A stretch of 32,982 nt of DNA. Origin: Methanobacteriota archaeon. Its GTDB lineage: Archaea; JAADCQ01; Methanopyri; Methanopyrales; Methanopyraceae. The notes beneath the pieces are model-generated. The model ran no database searches. It saw only the letters and a program-made list of their open reading frames with translations, and was not told where the DNA came from. The stretch is from assembly GCA_027064305.1 (NCBI GenBank), contig JAMOPY010000012.1, forward strand, positions 1 to 32,982. Direction: 5' to 3'. A program made the position numbers and the translations under genes. Below, piece by piece: positions 24,277-32,982 of the stretch (position 1 is the first letter of the stretch; every line of letters begins with the position of its first letter).

Positions 24277-26772
24277 GTGCTCCGGAGCGTGTGGGTGGAC
24301 TACTCGCGCAAGGGCAGCCCCGACGTCGTCTTCGTGGGTCGGCGCCGGGACGGGGAGCCCGCGGCCCTGGTGGTGAAGGGCTTCCGGCCCTACTTCTACG
24401 TGGAGGCGGAGGAGGGGTTCGACCCGGATCGGCTGGAGGGTCTATCGGGCGTCGTCGAGGTGCGGGAGGTGGAGCGCCGGCACCCGTACTCCGTGGAGGA
24501 GCGAGTCAGCCTCTACCAGGTGCTGGTCACCTACCCGAAGGTCGTGCCGAGGCTCCGGGAGCGGGTCAAGGAGCTGGACGGCGTGCGGGAGGTGTACGAG
24601 GCGGACATTCCCTTCGTGCGCCGCGCGGCCATCGATCTCAACGTGCCGCCCGCGTCCGAGATCGACGTTGACGGGCTGAGGGAGGGCTCGTGGTCCGGGC
24701 TCCCGGCCTACTTCGCGGACGCGGAGGAGGCCCGCGAGCTGGAGCACCGACCCTACCCGCTGGACGAGCTGGTGGTGGCCAGCTTCGACATCGAGGTGCT
24801 GGCCGAGCCCGGGACGACCACGGAGGGCTCGGCCGGGCCGGTGATCGCGATCAGCTTCGCGTACCGGACGCCGGACGGCGAGCGCGGGAACTACGTGTTC
24901 ACGTGGAAGGGGGAGGAGGCGGAGTTCACCGTGGACGGCGTGGAGACTGAGGTCGTCGTCTGCGAGTCCGAGGCCGCGATGCTGCGCGAGTTCGTCGAGC
25001 GGTTCCGTCGGGTGGACCCGGACGTGGTGTTCACGTACAACGGGGACGAGTTCGACCTCCCGTACCTGAAGCGGCGGGCGGACCGGCTGGGGCTGGACGT
25101 GGGCCGGCTCGCCCGACCGCCCGGGAAGCGGGGCGTGATCATCAAGCCGGGCGCGGCCCGGCGGGCTTCCGACATCTTCGGGCGGGCGCACGTGGACCTG
25201 TACCACACGGCGCAGAAGAACCTCAAGCTGGAGCGGTTCACGCTGGAGGAGGCCGTCCGCGACGTGCTGGGGGTGGAGAAGGAGGAGCTGGAGCTGGCCG
25301 AGATCAACGAGGCCTGGAAGCGCGGGGACCTGGAGCGGTTGTTCCGGTACTCGGCCGAGGATGCGCACTACACGCTCGAGCTGGGCCTGGAGCTCGCGCA
25401 GGTTGAGCTGGAGCTGTCCTACCTGACCCGGCTGCCCCTGCCGGATGCCGTCCGGTTCAGCTTCGGGCAGCTGGCCGAGTGGCGGGCGCTCTACCGGGCC
25501 CACCACGAGGGGATCCTGGCCCCGAACAAGCCCTCCCGGGACGAGTACGAGCGGAGACGCCGGGAGGAGTACAAGGGCGCCATCGTCTTCGAGCCGAAGA
25601 TCGGGCTGCACGAGCACGTCGTGTGCGTCGACTTCGCCAGCCTGTACCCGAACGTGATGGTCCACCACAACATCTCCCCGGACACGTTCGACTGCGACTG
25701 CTGCCCCGAGGTCACGGTCGAGGAGGCCGACGACCCCACCGAGGCGACCGTCGCCCCGGGCGTGGGACACAAGTTCTGCCGGAGGCGGGAGGGGTTCTTC
25801 CCCCGGCTGGTGAAGCGCCTGATCGAGCGGCGCCGGGAGTACAAGGCCCGGCTGCGCGAGGTGGACCCGGACGAGGAGCCCGAGCGGTACCGGCTCCTCG
25901 ACGTGCGTCAGCAGGCCTACAAGGTCCTGGCGAACAGTTACTACGGCTACATGGGCTGGGCGAACGCGCGCTGGTACTGCCGGGAGTGCGCGGAGAGCGT
26001 GACCGCCTGGGGCCGGTACTACATCCGCGAGGTCCGGAGGATCGCGGAGGAGGAGTACGGGCTGAGGGTCGTGTACGGGGACACGGACTCCCTCTTCCTG
26101 AAACTCCCCGGGGCCGACCTCTCCGAGACGATCGACCGGGTGAAGGAGTTCCTGGAGGACGTGAACCGGCGGCTGCCCGTCGAGCTCGAACTCGAGGACG
26201 TGTACGAGCGCATCCTGTTCGTGACCAAGAAGAAGTACGCCGGGTACACGACCGACGGCAAGATCGTGACGAAGGGGCTCGAGGCCGTCCGCCGCGACTG
26301 GGCCCCCATCGCGCGGGAGACCCAGCGCCGGGTGCTCGAGCGCATCCTCAAGGACAACGACCCCGACGCGGCCCTGAAGGAGATCCACCGCGTGCTCGAG
26401 CGCCTGCGCTCCGGCGAGGTGGACCTGGACGAGCTCGCCGTCACCTCCCAGCTCACGAAGAAGCCCTCCGAGTACGTCCAAAAGGGGCCCCACGTCCGCG
26501 CGGCCCAGCGGCTCGCCCGGTACCTGGGCACCGAGCCCGAGCCCGGCACCATCGTCCGCTACGTGATCGTCCGCGGTCCCGGCAGCGTCAGCGACAAGGC
26601 CTACCCCGTCGAGCTGGCCCGGGAGGAGGGCAAGGAGCCGGACATCGACTACTACATCGAGCACCAGATCCTGCCCGCCGTCGAGCGCATCATGAAGGCC
26701 CTCGGGTACTCACGGGGGCAGATCGTGGGCGAGTCGACCGCCCAGAAGACGCTCGACCAGTTCCTGGGGTAA
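24277..26772 (+). CDS. polB: Family B DNA polymerase (no intein)
   Basis: Exonuclease motifs FDIE, YNGDEFDLPY, YSAED; polymerase motifs DFASLYP, KVLANSYYGY, YGDTDS, KKKYA, KGLEAVRRDW; N-terminal YEADIPF; C-terminal PIP box QKTLDQF. Confidence 0.98.
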   Translation: MLRSVWVDYSRKGSPDVVFVGRRRDGEPAALVVKGFRPYFYVEAEEGFDPDRLEGLSGVVEVREVERRHPYSVEERVSLYQVLVTYPKVVPRLRERVKELDGVREVYEADIPFVRRAAIDLNVPPASEIDVDGLREGSWSGLPAYFADAEEARELEHRPYPLDELVVASFDIEVLAEPGTTTEGSAGPVIAISFAYRTPDGERGNYVFTWKGEEAEFTVDGVETEVVVCESEAAMLREFVERFRRVDPDVVFTYNGDEFDLPYLKRRADRLGLDVGRLARPPGKRGVIIKPGAARRASDIFGRAHVDLYHTAQKNLKLERFTLEEAVRDVLGVEKEELELAEINEAWKRGDLERLFRYSAEDAHYTLELGLELAQVELELSYLTRLPLPDAVRFSFGQLAEWRALYRAHHEGILAPNKPSRDEYERRRREEYKGAIVFEPKIGLHEHVVCVDFASLYPNVMVHHNISPDTFDCDCCPEVTVEEADDPTEATVAPGVGHKFCRRREGFFPRLVKRLIERRREYKARLREVDPDEEPERYRLLDVRQQAYKVLANSYYGYMGWANARWYCRECAESVTAWGRYYIREVRRIAEEEYGLRVVYGDTDSLFLKLPGADLSETIDRVKEFLEDVNRRLPVELELEDVYERILFVTKKKYAGYTTDGKIVTKGLEAVRRDWAPIARETQRRVLERILKDNDPDAALKEIHRVLERLRSGEVDLDELAVTSQLTKKPSEYVQKGPHVRAAQRLARYLGTEPEPGTIVRYVIVRGPGSVSDKAYPVELAREEGKEPDIDYYIEHQILPAVERIMKALGYSRGQIVGESTAQKTLDQFLG

Positions 26773-26779
26773 CCCCCGC

Positions 26780-28420
26780 GTGCGGGTCGCCATCGTCGAC
26801 GGGTACACCGACGAGCCCGCGGGACTCGGCGTCCCGCCCTACCTCGGCACCCACCCCCGGTACGCCTACGGGGCCGCCCGGGCCGCCGGCGCCTCCGAGG
26901 TCCGCTACGTTCCCATCGAGCGGGTGAGGGAGGGGAAGGTCGACCTCGACCGCTTCGACGTGGTCGTGGGCATCTGCGGCGTGCACACACCGGGCCGGTA
27001 CCTCGGCGCCGAACCCGCGGACCTGAGCGAAATGCTCGAGATCCTGCGGGGCACGGACGCGATCACCGTCCTCGGCGGTCCGGCCGCCCAGTCCGGCCAC
27101 GGCCGGATCGGGGGCGAGCCCCCGGAGACCGAGATCGAGGGCGTGGACCTCGTCGCCACCGGGGACGTCGAGGCGGTCGTGCACGACCTCGTCCGCGAGG
27201 GCTCACCCGAGGCCGTGGACCCGGAGCGCGAGCGCACGATCGAGGAGCTCCGGGAGTACGCGGTCAAGGGCGCCCCCGCCGCCCGCGAGCACGTGGACTA
27301 CCCCGACGCCGTGATCGCCGAGCTGGAGACCTACCGAGGCTGCCCCCGGTACCTCACCGGCGGCTGCTCCTTCTGCACGGAGGTCCCGAGGTACGGGAAG
27401 CCCGAGTTCCGGCCCCCGGAGCACGTCATCGAGGAGGTGAAGGCGCTCTACCGGGTCGGCGTACGACACTTCCGACTGGGCCGACAGCCGTGCATCTACT
27501 CCTACCTGGCCCGGGGAATCGGCGAGACCGAGCGTCCCCGACCCAACCCCGAGGCCCTGCGCCGCCTGCTGCGCGGGATCAACGCGGTCGCCCCGGACCT
27601 GCTCACGCTCCACGTCGACAACGCCAACCCCGCCGTCATCGCCGAGCACCCGGAGGAGTCACGGGAGGTCACGAAGCTCCTCGTCCGGTACGGGACGCCC
27701 GGGAACGTGCTCGCCTTCGGCATCGAGACGTTCGACGAGCGCGTCGCCAAGCGCAACAACCTCAACGTCCGATCCCGGGAGGAGGCGTTCCGCGCCGTCC
27801 GCGTCGTGACCTCGATCGGCCGCATCCGCGGGTGGAACGGCCTCCCGTACGTGCTTCCCGGGATCAACCTCGTGTGCGGACTGATCGGCGAGGACCGCGA
27901 GCGCTACCGGACCGACGAGCGCGCTCTCAGGGAGCTGGTGGAGCGGGGCCTCGTCGTCCGGCGCATCAACGTGCGCAACGTCGTCCCCTTCCCCGGCACG
28001 GAGATGGAGCGGCACGGGACCCGATGGCTCGAGCGGAACCGGAAGCGGGCGGTCGCCTTCAAGCGGTTCGTCCGGGAGGAGATCGACCCGAAGCTGCTCC
28101 GACGCGTCGCCCCGAAGGGGACCGTCCTCCGGCGCCTCCGCGTGGAGCCCCGTAAGCCCGAGTTCGCCCGGCAGATCGGCTCCTACCCGATCGCGTGCCG
28201 GCTGGTGGCCGAGCGGAGACCCGGGGAGTGGATCGACGGGCTCGTGGTGGGGCACGGGGCGCGCTCCGTGGAGGTCGTCCCGCTACCGATCCGCAGGGAG
28301 GACGGGCCGGACACGCTCGCCCGGCTCCCCGGGGTCGGCCGAAAGGAGGCGCTGGACGCGTTCCTGAGGGGGCGCCGACCGCGCGTCCCGTACGCCCTAC
28401 CCGGCTGGTTCGAGCTCTGA
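26780..28420 (+). CDS. Archaeal radical SAM protein (COG1031-like) with C-terminal TRAM-like and HhH elements
   Basis: DGYTDEPAGLGVPPY, ETYRGC-x7-C-xx-C (CPRYLTGGCSFC), HVDNANP, PGINL, RQIGSYPI, LPGVG. Confidence 0.88.
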   Translation: MRVAIVDGYTDEPAGLGVPPYLGTHPRYAYGAARAAGASEVRYVPIERVREGKVDLDRFDVVVGICGVHTPGRYLGAEPADLSEMLEILRGTDAITVLGGPAAQSGHGRIGGEPPETEIEGVDLVATGDVEAVVHDLVREGSPEAVDPERERTIEELREYAVKGAPAAREHVDYPDAVIAELETYRGCPRYLTGGCSFCTEVPRYGKPEFRPPEHVIEEVKALYRVGVRHFRLGRQPCIYSYLARGIGETERPRPNPEALRRLLRGINAVAPDLLTLHVDNANPAVIAEHPEESREVTKLLVRYGTPGNVLAFGIETFDERVAKRNNLNVRSREEAFRAVRVVTSIGRIRGWNGLPYVLPGINLVCGLIGEDRERYRTDERALRELVERGLVVRRINVRNVVPFPGTEMERHGTRWLERNRKRAVAFKRFVREEIDPKLLRRVAPKGTVLRRLRVEPRKPEFARQIGSYPIACRLVAERRPGEWIDGLVVGHGARSVEVVPLPIRREDGPDTLARLPGVGRKEALDAFLRGRRPRVPYALPGWFEL

Positions 28421-28424
28421 TCCA

Positions 28425-31400
28425 TCACCACCTCGGCGGTTTCCCGGTCATCTCACGGCGTTTCCAGAGTGCCCCCACCGACAGGGCCAGGAGCGTCAGC
28501 ATCAGGGCCAGCACCCACTCCCAGATTCTCCGGGGCGGCGTGGAGGCGGCACCCGCCCGACGCATCGCGCGGGCGGCCTGAGCCCTCGCCCGCTCGTGGG
28601 ACAACCGGCTCCGAGCGACCTTAGAGGATCTGGGGGCGGCCGCCCGGGACCCGCCGGACGGGGCGGCGGTGGCCGGGGATCCGGCCGCGGCCCGGACCAC
28701 CGGTCGGGCCCCGCGGAGCGAGATCGTCCGGGCGGACCCTCCCCGGCGCCCTCCGGTCAGCCCGACTCGGCCTGTGGGGTTCCTCGCGATCGCGTACGTG
28801 GTCCGGGCCAGCGCGGTGGCGGCCCTGGCGACGTTGGAGACGGCCCGATGGAGAGCGCGCGCGGCGCTGGCGGCCTGGGAGGCGCTGGCGCGGGTGATCG
28901 CCCGGGCAAGGGAGCGCACGGCGGTCGCCGCGGCCCTCAGGGCGGTTCGAAGGGTCTGCCTCGGGCTGACCCGGGTGGGTTGGGCGCCCCCGACGGCTCG
29001 GCCCGATGGGTGGCTACGGGTCGTGACCCTGGTCGCCGGGGATCGGGGACCGGGTCGGGGAGGTGAGGGGGCGGGGGCGATCGTGGTCGTCGGGGCCGTG
29101 GGGGCGGTGGCGGCGCCGAGCCGAGTGAGCTCCCGGATGTCGCGGACGATCTCCGGGTTGTCCAGGGCCTGGTAGGCGGCCACGATGTCGGGGAGCAGCT
29201 GCTGCACGTCCGGGAGGTTGAGGGCGGCCGCCACGCGCTGGACGTAGGCGACGGTGCTCGGGTTGGGGCTCGTGTGGTGGCAGGTGGAGGGTCCGTACCG
29301 GGCCGTCACCCGCGCCCAGGCCCGGACGACCTCGGCCAGGGTCTTCCGGTCCGGGTGCCACAGGCCGGTTCGGGCGGCCTCGACGAGCCAGGACAGCGCG
29401 GACTGCACGTTCGCCCAGCCCAGGGCGGTTCGGGGCCGGTACCTGCCCAGCATGGTGACGACCGTGCGGGCGACCTGGGTCAGCAGCACGTCGCCCACCG
29501 AGCGCGCCTGGCGCATGGTGGAGAGGACGCCGATGAGGTTGCCGAGCCGCTTCTCCACCTCGTGCCAGCCCACGTCCGGATCGTGCGCCATCAGCGCGTG
29601 CCACCAGCTCGGGCTCAGCAGCTCCGAGCGGGTCTCGATGGAGAGCCGCTCGGCCAGGCTCTGCACGCTCGCCGTCATCGGGCTCCGGGCGACGGTGAAG
29701 TACACCAGCGGCTCGCGACCGCGCAGCCGGCGGACGTAGGCGGCCATCCCGCCGACCCACGAGTAGTAGTCGTTGACGTCGATCACGTTGAACGCGTTCA
29801 CGATCTGGTCCACGACCACGTCCACGGTCCGCGACAGCGCCCGGAAGACCCGCAGCGCGGGCACCGCCGCCCGGTAGCCGGTCAGCTCGTCGAGCCGGAC
29901 CTCCGTCCCGTCCGGGGCCTCGACGATGAACGCGTACGCGACGCGGGACTCGAACGATCGCACGATCGGCTCCGTCAGGCGCCGGTCCAGGTCCCCGGAC
30001 CCGGAGACGCCCAGCCCGCGCGTCAGGCTCGACCACCCGAACTCGATGATCCGGTTGACCCCGGTCCCCTGCGGGTCACCCGGGGGCTCCCCGAACACCC
30101 GCGTCGCGGCGAGCCGCTCGTCCACGCCCTCCCGCACGAGCTCCAGGTAGTGCTTCCTCGGGTAGTTCCACTCCGGCGGCTCGTCCAGCCGGCAGACCAT
30201 CCGGGAGGCGAGCGCCAGCAGTCGGACCAGCGGCTCGATCGACGTCATGACCGCGGTGCAGAGGGCGATCACGTCGATCCTCGGCCTCCGCACGGGGACG
30301 CCGTCCACCCGGACCGTGAGCCGGTCCAGCGGGATCACCCGGAGTCCCACGACCCGGCCGGTGCCCGGGTCCCAAACCGGCTTCACACCGAGCAGGTAGA
30401 GGACCTCCGCGATCCCGAGGCCCCCGGAGGTCAGCTCGTGGGCCGCGAACAGGACCACGGTGACGGTCTCCGGCCACCGGTGGTACGTCCGGTAGTACCG
30501 GGCGAGCAGCTCGTCCACGAGCCGCCGGGCCACGTCCCACGCCTCCGGGGTGGGCAGGGTCTCCGGATCGAACGGCACCCCGTTGCGCCCGACGGGGAAG
30601 GCCCGCGGGTTCCACAGCGGCTCCCCGAGCCCGCCCGTGGGCACGTGCCCCCCGGTCAGGAACGTTCGGAGCCCCTCCAGCTCGTACCAACCGGAGCGGA
30701 GCACGTGCACGTACTCCCGGTACGCGTCCGCGAGCATCTTCACCAGGTCCTCGTCGTACTCCCGGGTGACCTTGACCATCCCCTCCGAGGACAGCGCCTC
30801 CGAGAACCGGTCGAGCAGGGTCGAGTACACCCAGGGCTCGTGCAGGATCTGATCCGCCCGGGAGAGTAGGTCCGCGTCGTCCTTGAGCTCACCCTCGTCC
30901 ATCAGGCGCACCCACTCGTCGAGTCGCCTCACCAGCGCCGGCTCGGAGAGAACCAGCCGCAGGAACCGCTCCAGGACCCGGATCGAGGCCTCCCTCAGCC
31001 GGTCGTACAGGTCCGGTCGCTCGTCGAGGAGCCGGTATACCTCCTGCAGCGTGGCCTTGCCCGTGAGGCCCGACACGACCGCCAGGTACGGGACGAAACG
31101 CGGGGCGTACACCATCACCGCCTCCCGCAGCGCGACCTCCGGCGACAGGTCCTCCCCCAGGACGTGCAGCCCGTAGAAGCAGGCCTCACCCCGCAGGCTG
31201 AGCAGGTAGTCGTGCAGCTCGCTCAGGAACTCGTCCGGGTGCTCCAACGCCCACCGCTCCGCGTCCCTCGGGGGCGCCTCGCCACGCTCCTGGAAGATCG
31301 CGCGCACGACCTCCTCCAGCAGGCCCAGCCGCTTGGCCTCCTCCACGATCCGCCGCAGCACCTCCCGCTGGACGGTCGGGCTGCCCCCGTACGCCGAGGC

Positions 31401-32982
31401 CGCGACGTACTCGGACCAGAGCCGCTCCAACCGCGCGTACCGCTCGAAGTCCCGGAAGTACCCGGTCGGCGGGGACGGGTAGGTGATCAGGACCGCGCCG
31501 CCCCGGTACTTGGCCAGCAGCGCCTCGCCCGGGTTCGAGACGATGTAGAAGTACCCCTGCGGGACGTCCGGCAGCAGCAGGTGCGTCCAGTCCGTGACCG
31601 TGAGACCCCGGTCGTGCCCCGGCAGGAACTCGAACGTCCCGTGCGTGCCCACGTACACCACCGCGTCCGCCCGGAACACGCGCCGGATCCACCCGTACGC
31701 CGCGATGTACTGCCAGTGCGGCGGCAGCGTCCGCGAGTGGTACGTGACGGACGTGCTCGACCAGCCCCGGGGCGGCTGCAGGACGATCGCCACCTTACCC
31801 ACCACCAGGGCCGGGACCAGGCACCGACCCTCGTAGACCATCAGCCCCCGGTTGTCCGACGCCGACCCCCACAGCTCCCGGAACGACCGCAGCATCCCCT
31901 CCACGACCCGGCGCGCCCGCTCGTACCGGGCCGGGTCGCACCTCCGCACCAGCTCCAGGTACCGCTCCAACCGCGACACCACGTCCTCCCGGAACCACCG
32001 CTCCACCACGCCCGCCGGGACCAACTGGTCCGACGAGACCCGACCCAGCGTGACCTCCTCACCGTCCACCCGAACCCTCACCACTCCCCGCTCCACCACC
32101 ACCTCCACCCGCGTCCCGTCCACGCTCGCCGACCACTCCGCCCGACCCCCCCGATACAGGCGCACGATCCGACCCAGCTCCGGCCGACTCCACGGGCCCA
32201 CGTTCACCAGCAACGCCACCGAGCGCTCCGGATGGCGCGGATCCACCCCGGCGGCGAGCGCCTCCAGCGCCACCGCGAGCGCGTCCTCCCACCGCCTCGC
32301 CCGCTCCGGATCCTCCCGGTACCAGGACCACAGGCGCGCGAAGAACGGGGTGGCCGGGCCCAGATCGAACCCCCACGCGGCCAGCGCGGCCAGCAGGCGC
32401 ACCAGGCTCCGCGGCACGTCCAGGTACGCGGCCCCCAACCCCGAGCGGCCCGGCGGGTAGCAGTAGACCACGAGCGCCACCCGCTTCTCCCGGTTCGGCA
32501 GCCTCCGCAGCCTGAGCAGCCGCTCCACCAACCCCGCCAGATCGTCCAGCGTGCCCGGCAGCAGCCGCGGGCCCTCCGGCGAGTTCAACCAGAGCACGCG
32601 GAACCAGAACCCACCCTCCCGCTCCGAGCCCAGCTGCACCTGGTACGTCCACTCCAGCAGCGGCCCCGCCAACTCGCCCGCGTACTCACCCACGCTCATC
32701 CGCTCGTCGCCCAGGAACGGGAAGACCACCTGCACCAGCGGCGCGTTCAACCGGGACAGCACGTACTCCGCCGGCCGCGGGAAGTCCAGGGTAAAGGCAC
32801 GGAGGCTGACCACCGCCTCCACCCGCTTCCCCAGCTCCCAAAGCCGATCCAGCACCATCGCCGGCGTCACGAGCCCGAGCCCGCAGAACACCCCCACCGC
32901 CCGCGCCCCGTACCGACGCGCCACCGCGTCCAACCGGTCCACCACCGCCTCCACGACGCGCCTCACCGGCGTCATCAGGTAC
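28425..32982 (-). CDS. cobN: CobN/magnesium chelatase H-like protein with low-complexity tail and C-terminal membrane anchor (5' end outside the window)
   Basis: KRVALVVYCYPPG, AAYLDVP, QPPRGW, PPHWQY, GTHGTFEFLPG, EALLAKYRG, GLHVLG, PVGRN, LGVKPVWD, RPRIDV, DYYSWVGG. The frame is open to the window edge. A/R/P/S/T-rich tail, then WVLALMLTLLALSVGALW-KRR. Confidence 0.88.
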   Translation of the reverse strand, partial: YLMTPVRRVVEAVVDRLDAVARRYGARAVGVFCGLGLVTPAMVLDRLWELGKRVEAVVSLRAFTLDFPRPAEYVLSRLNAPLVQVVFPFLGDERMSVGEYAGELAGPLLEWTYQVQLGSEREGGFWFRVLWLNSPEGPRLLPGTLDDLAGLVERLLRLRRLPNREKRVALVVYCYPPGRSGLGAAYLDVPRSLVRLLAALAAWGFDLGPATPFFARLWSWYREDPERARRWEDALAVALEALAAGVDPRHPERSVALLVNVGPWSRPELGRIVRLYRGGRAEWSASVDGTRVEVVVERGVVRVRVDGEEVTLGRVSSDQLVPAGVVERWFREDVVSRLERYLELVRRCDPARYERARRVVEGMLRSFRELWGSASDNRGLMVYEGRCLVPALVVGKVAIVLQPPRGWSSTSVTYHSRTLPPHWQYIAAYGWIRRVFRADAVVYVGTHGTFEFLPGHDRGLTVTDWTHLLLPDVPQGYFYIVSNPGEALLAKYRGGAVLITYPSPPTGYFRDFERYARLERLWSEYVAASAYGGSPTVQREVLRRIVEEAKRLGLLEEVVRAIFQERGEAPPRDAERWALEHPDEFLSELHDYLLSLRGEACFYGLHVLGEDLSPEVALREAVMVYAPRFVPYLAVVSGLTGKATLQEVYRLLDERPDLYDRLREASIRVLERFLRLVLSEPALVRRLDEWVRLMDEGELKDDADLLSRADQILHEPWVYSTLLDRFSEALSSEGMVKVTREYDEDLVKMLADAYREYVHVLRSGWYELEGLRTFLTGGHVPTGGLGEPLWNPRAFPVGRNGVPFDPETLPTPEAWDVARRLVDELLARYYRTYHRWPETVTVVLFAAHELTSGGLGIAEVLYLLGVKPVWDPGTGRVVGLRVIPLDRLTVRVDGVPVRRPRIDVIALCTAVMTSIEPLVRLLALASRMVCRLDEPPEWNYPRKHYLELVREGVDERLAATRVFGEPPGDPQGTGVNRIIEFGWSSLTRGLGVSGSGDLDRRLTEPIVRSFESRVAYAFIVEAPDGTEVRLDELTGYRAAVPALRVFRALSRTVDVVVDQIVNAFNVIDVNDYYSWVGGMAAYVRRLRGREPLVYFTVARSPMTASVQSLAERLSIETRSELLSPSWWHALMAHDPDVGWHEVEKRLGNLIGVLSTMRQARSVGDVLLTQVARTVVTMLGRYRPRTALGWANVQSALSWLVEAARTGLWHPDRKTLAEVVRAWARVTARYGPSTCHHTSPNPSTVAYVQRVAAALNLPDVQQLLPDIVAAYQALDNPEIVRDIRELTRLGAATAPTAPTTTIAPAPSPPRPGPRSPATRVTTRSHPSGRAVGGAQPTRVSPRQTLRTALRAAATAVRSLARAITRASASQAASAARALHRAVSNVARAATALARTTYAIARNPTGRVGLTGGRRGGSARTISLRGARPVVRAAAGSPATAAPSGGSRAAAPRSSKVARSRLSHERARAQAARAMRRAGAASTPPRRIWEWVLALMLTLLALSVGALWKRREMTGKPPRW

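Noticed and set aside
24442-26664. 740-aa antisense ORF in polB, and similar long antisense ORFs in gatB, fbp, amrS, pmbA and cobN
   Set aside because: Stop-poor shadow frames expected at high third-position GC; no motifs.
1468-26772. Inteins in MCM, RadA, Lhr or PolB
   Set aside because: Lengths are normal and conserved motifs are uninterrupted.
31850-32982. C/A-skewed stretch suggesting a repeat or foreign DNA
   Set aside because: Explained by GTG/GGG/TGG/CGG-rich codons of the minus-strand CobN-like gene; no tandem unit seen.

Overview
Very GC-rich (about 70% by eye), gene-dense archaeal chromosomal segment. Acidic Glu/Arg-rich proteins, mostly GTG/TTG starts and the gene content suggest a Methanopyrus-like hyperthermophilic methanogen (inference). 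Housekeeping genes: DUF424, aIF-2beta, an RPA-like OB-fold protein, MCM, AmrB/MEMO1, DUF2095, a SAM methyltransferase, GatB, TldD/PmbA, a PUA protein, NAC, FBP aldolase/phosphatase, DGGGP synthase, AmrS, a divergent RadA, RNase Z, Lhr, CbiT/CbiL, PolB, a radical SAM protein and a 5'-truncated CobN-like chelatase with a C-terminal membrane anchor. Four things are not visible in the ORF track: (1) five C/D box sRNA genes between 13.2 and 17.0 kb, including a tandem pair directly upstream of an orphan gene; (2) a stand-alone Csm6-like CARF-HEPN ribonuclease with no CRISPR-cas nearby, overlapping RNase Z and divergent from Lhr; (3) four divergent gene pairs with little or no intergenic space, whose promoters seem to sit in AT-rich codon patches inside the partner gene; (4) a secreted, membrane-anchored C39/papain-like Cys-His-Asp protein. 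No tRNA, rRNA, CRISPR array, intein or mobile element was found.
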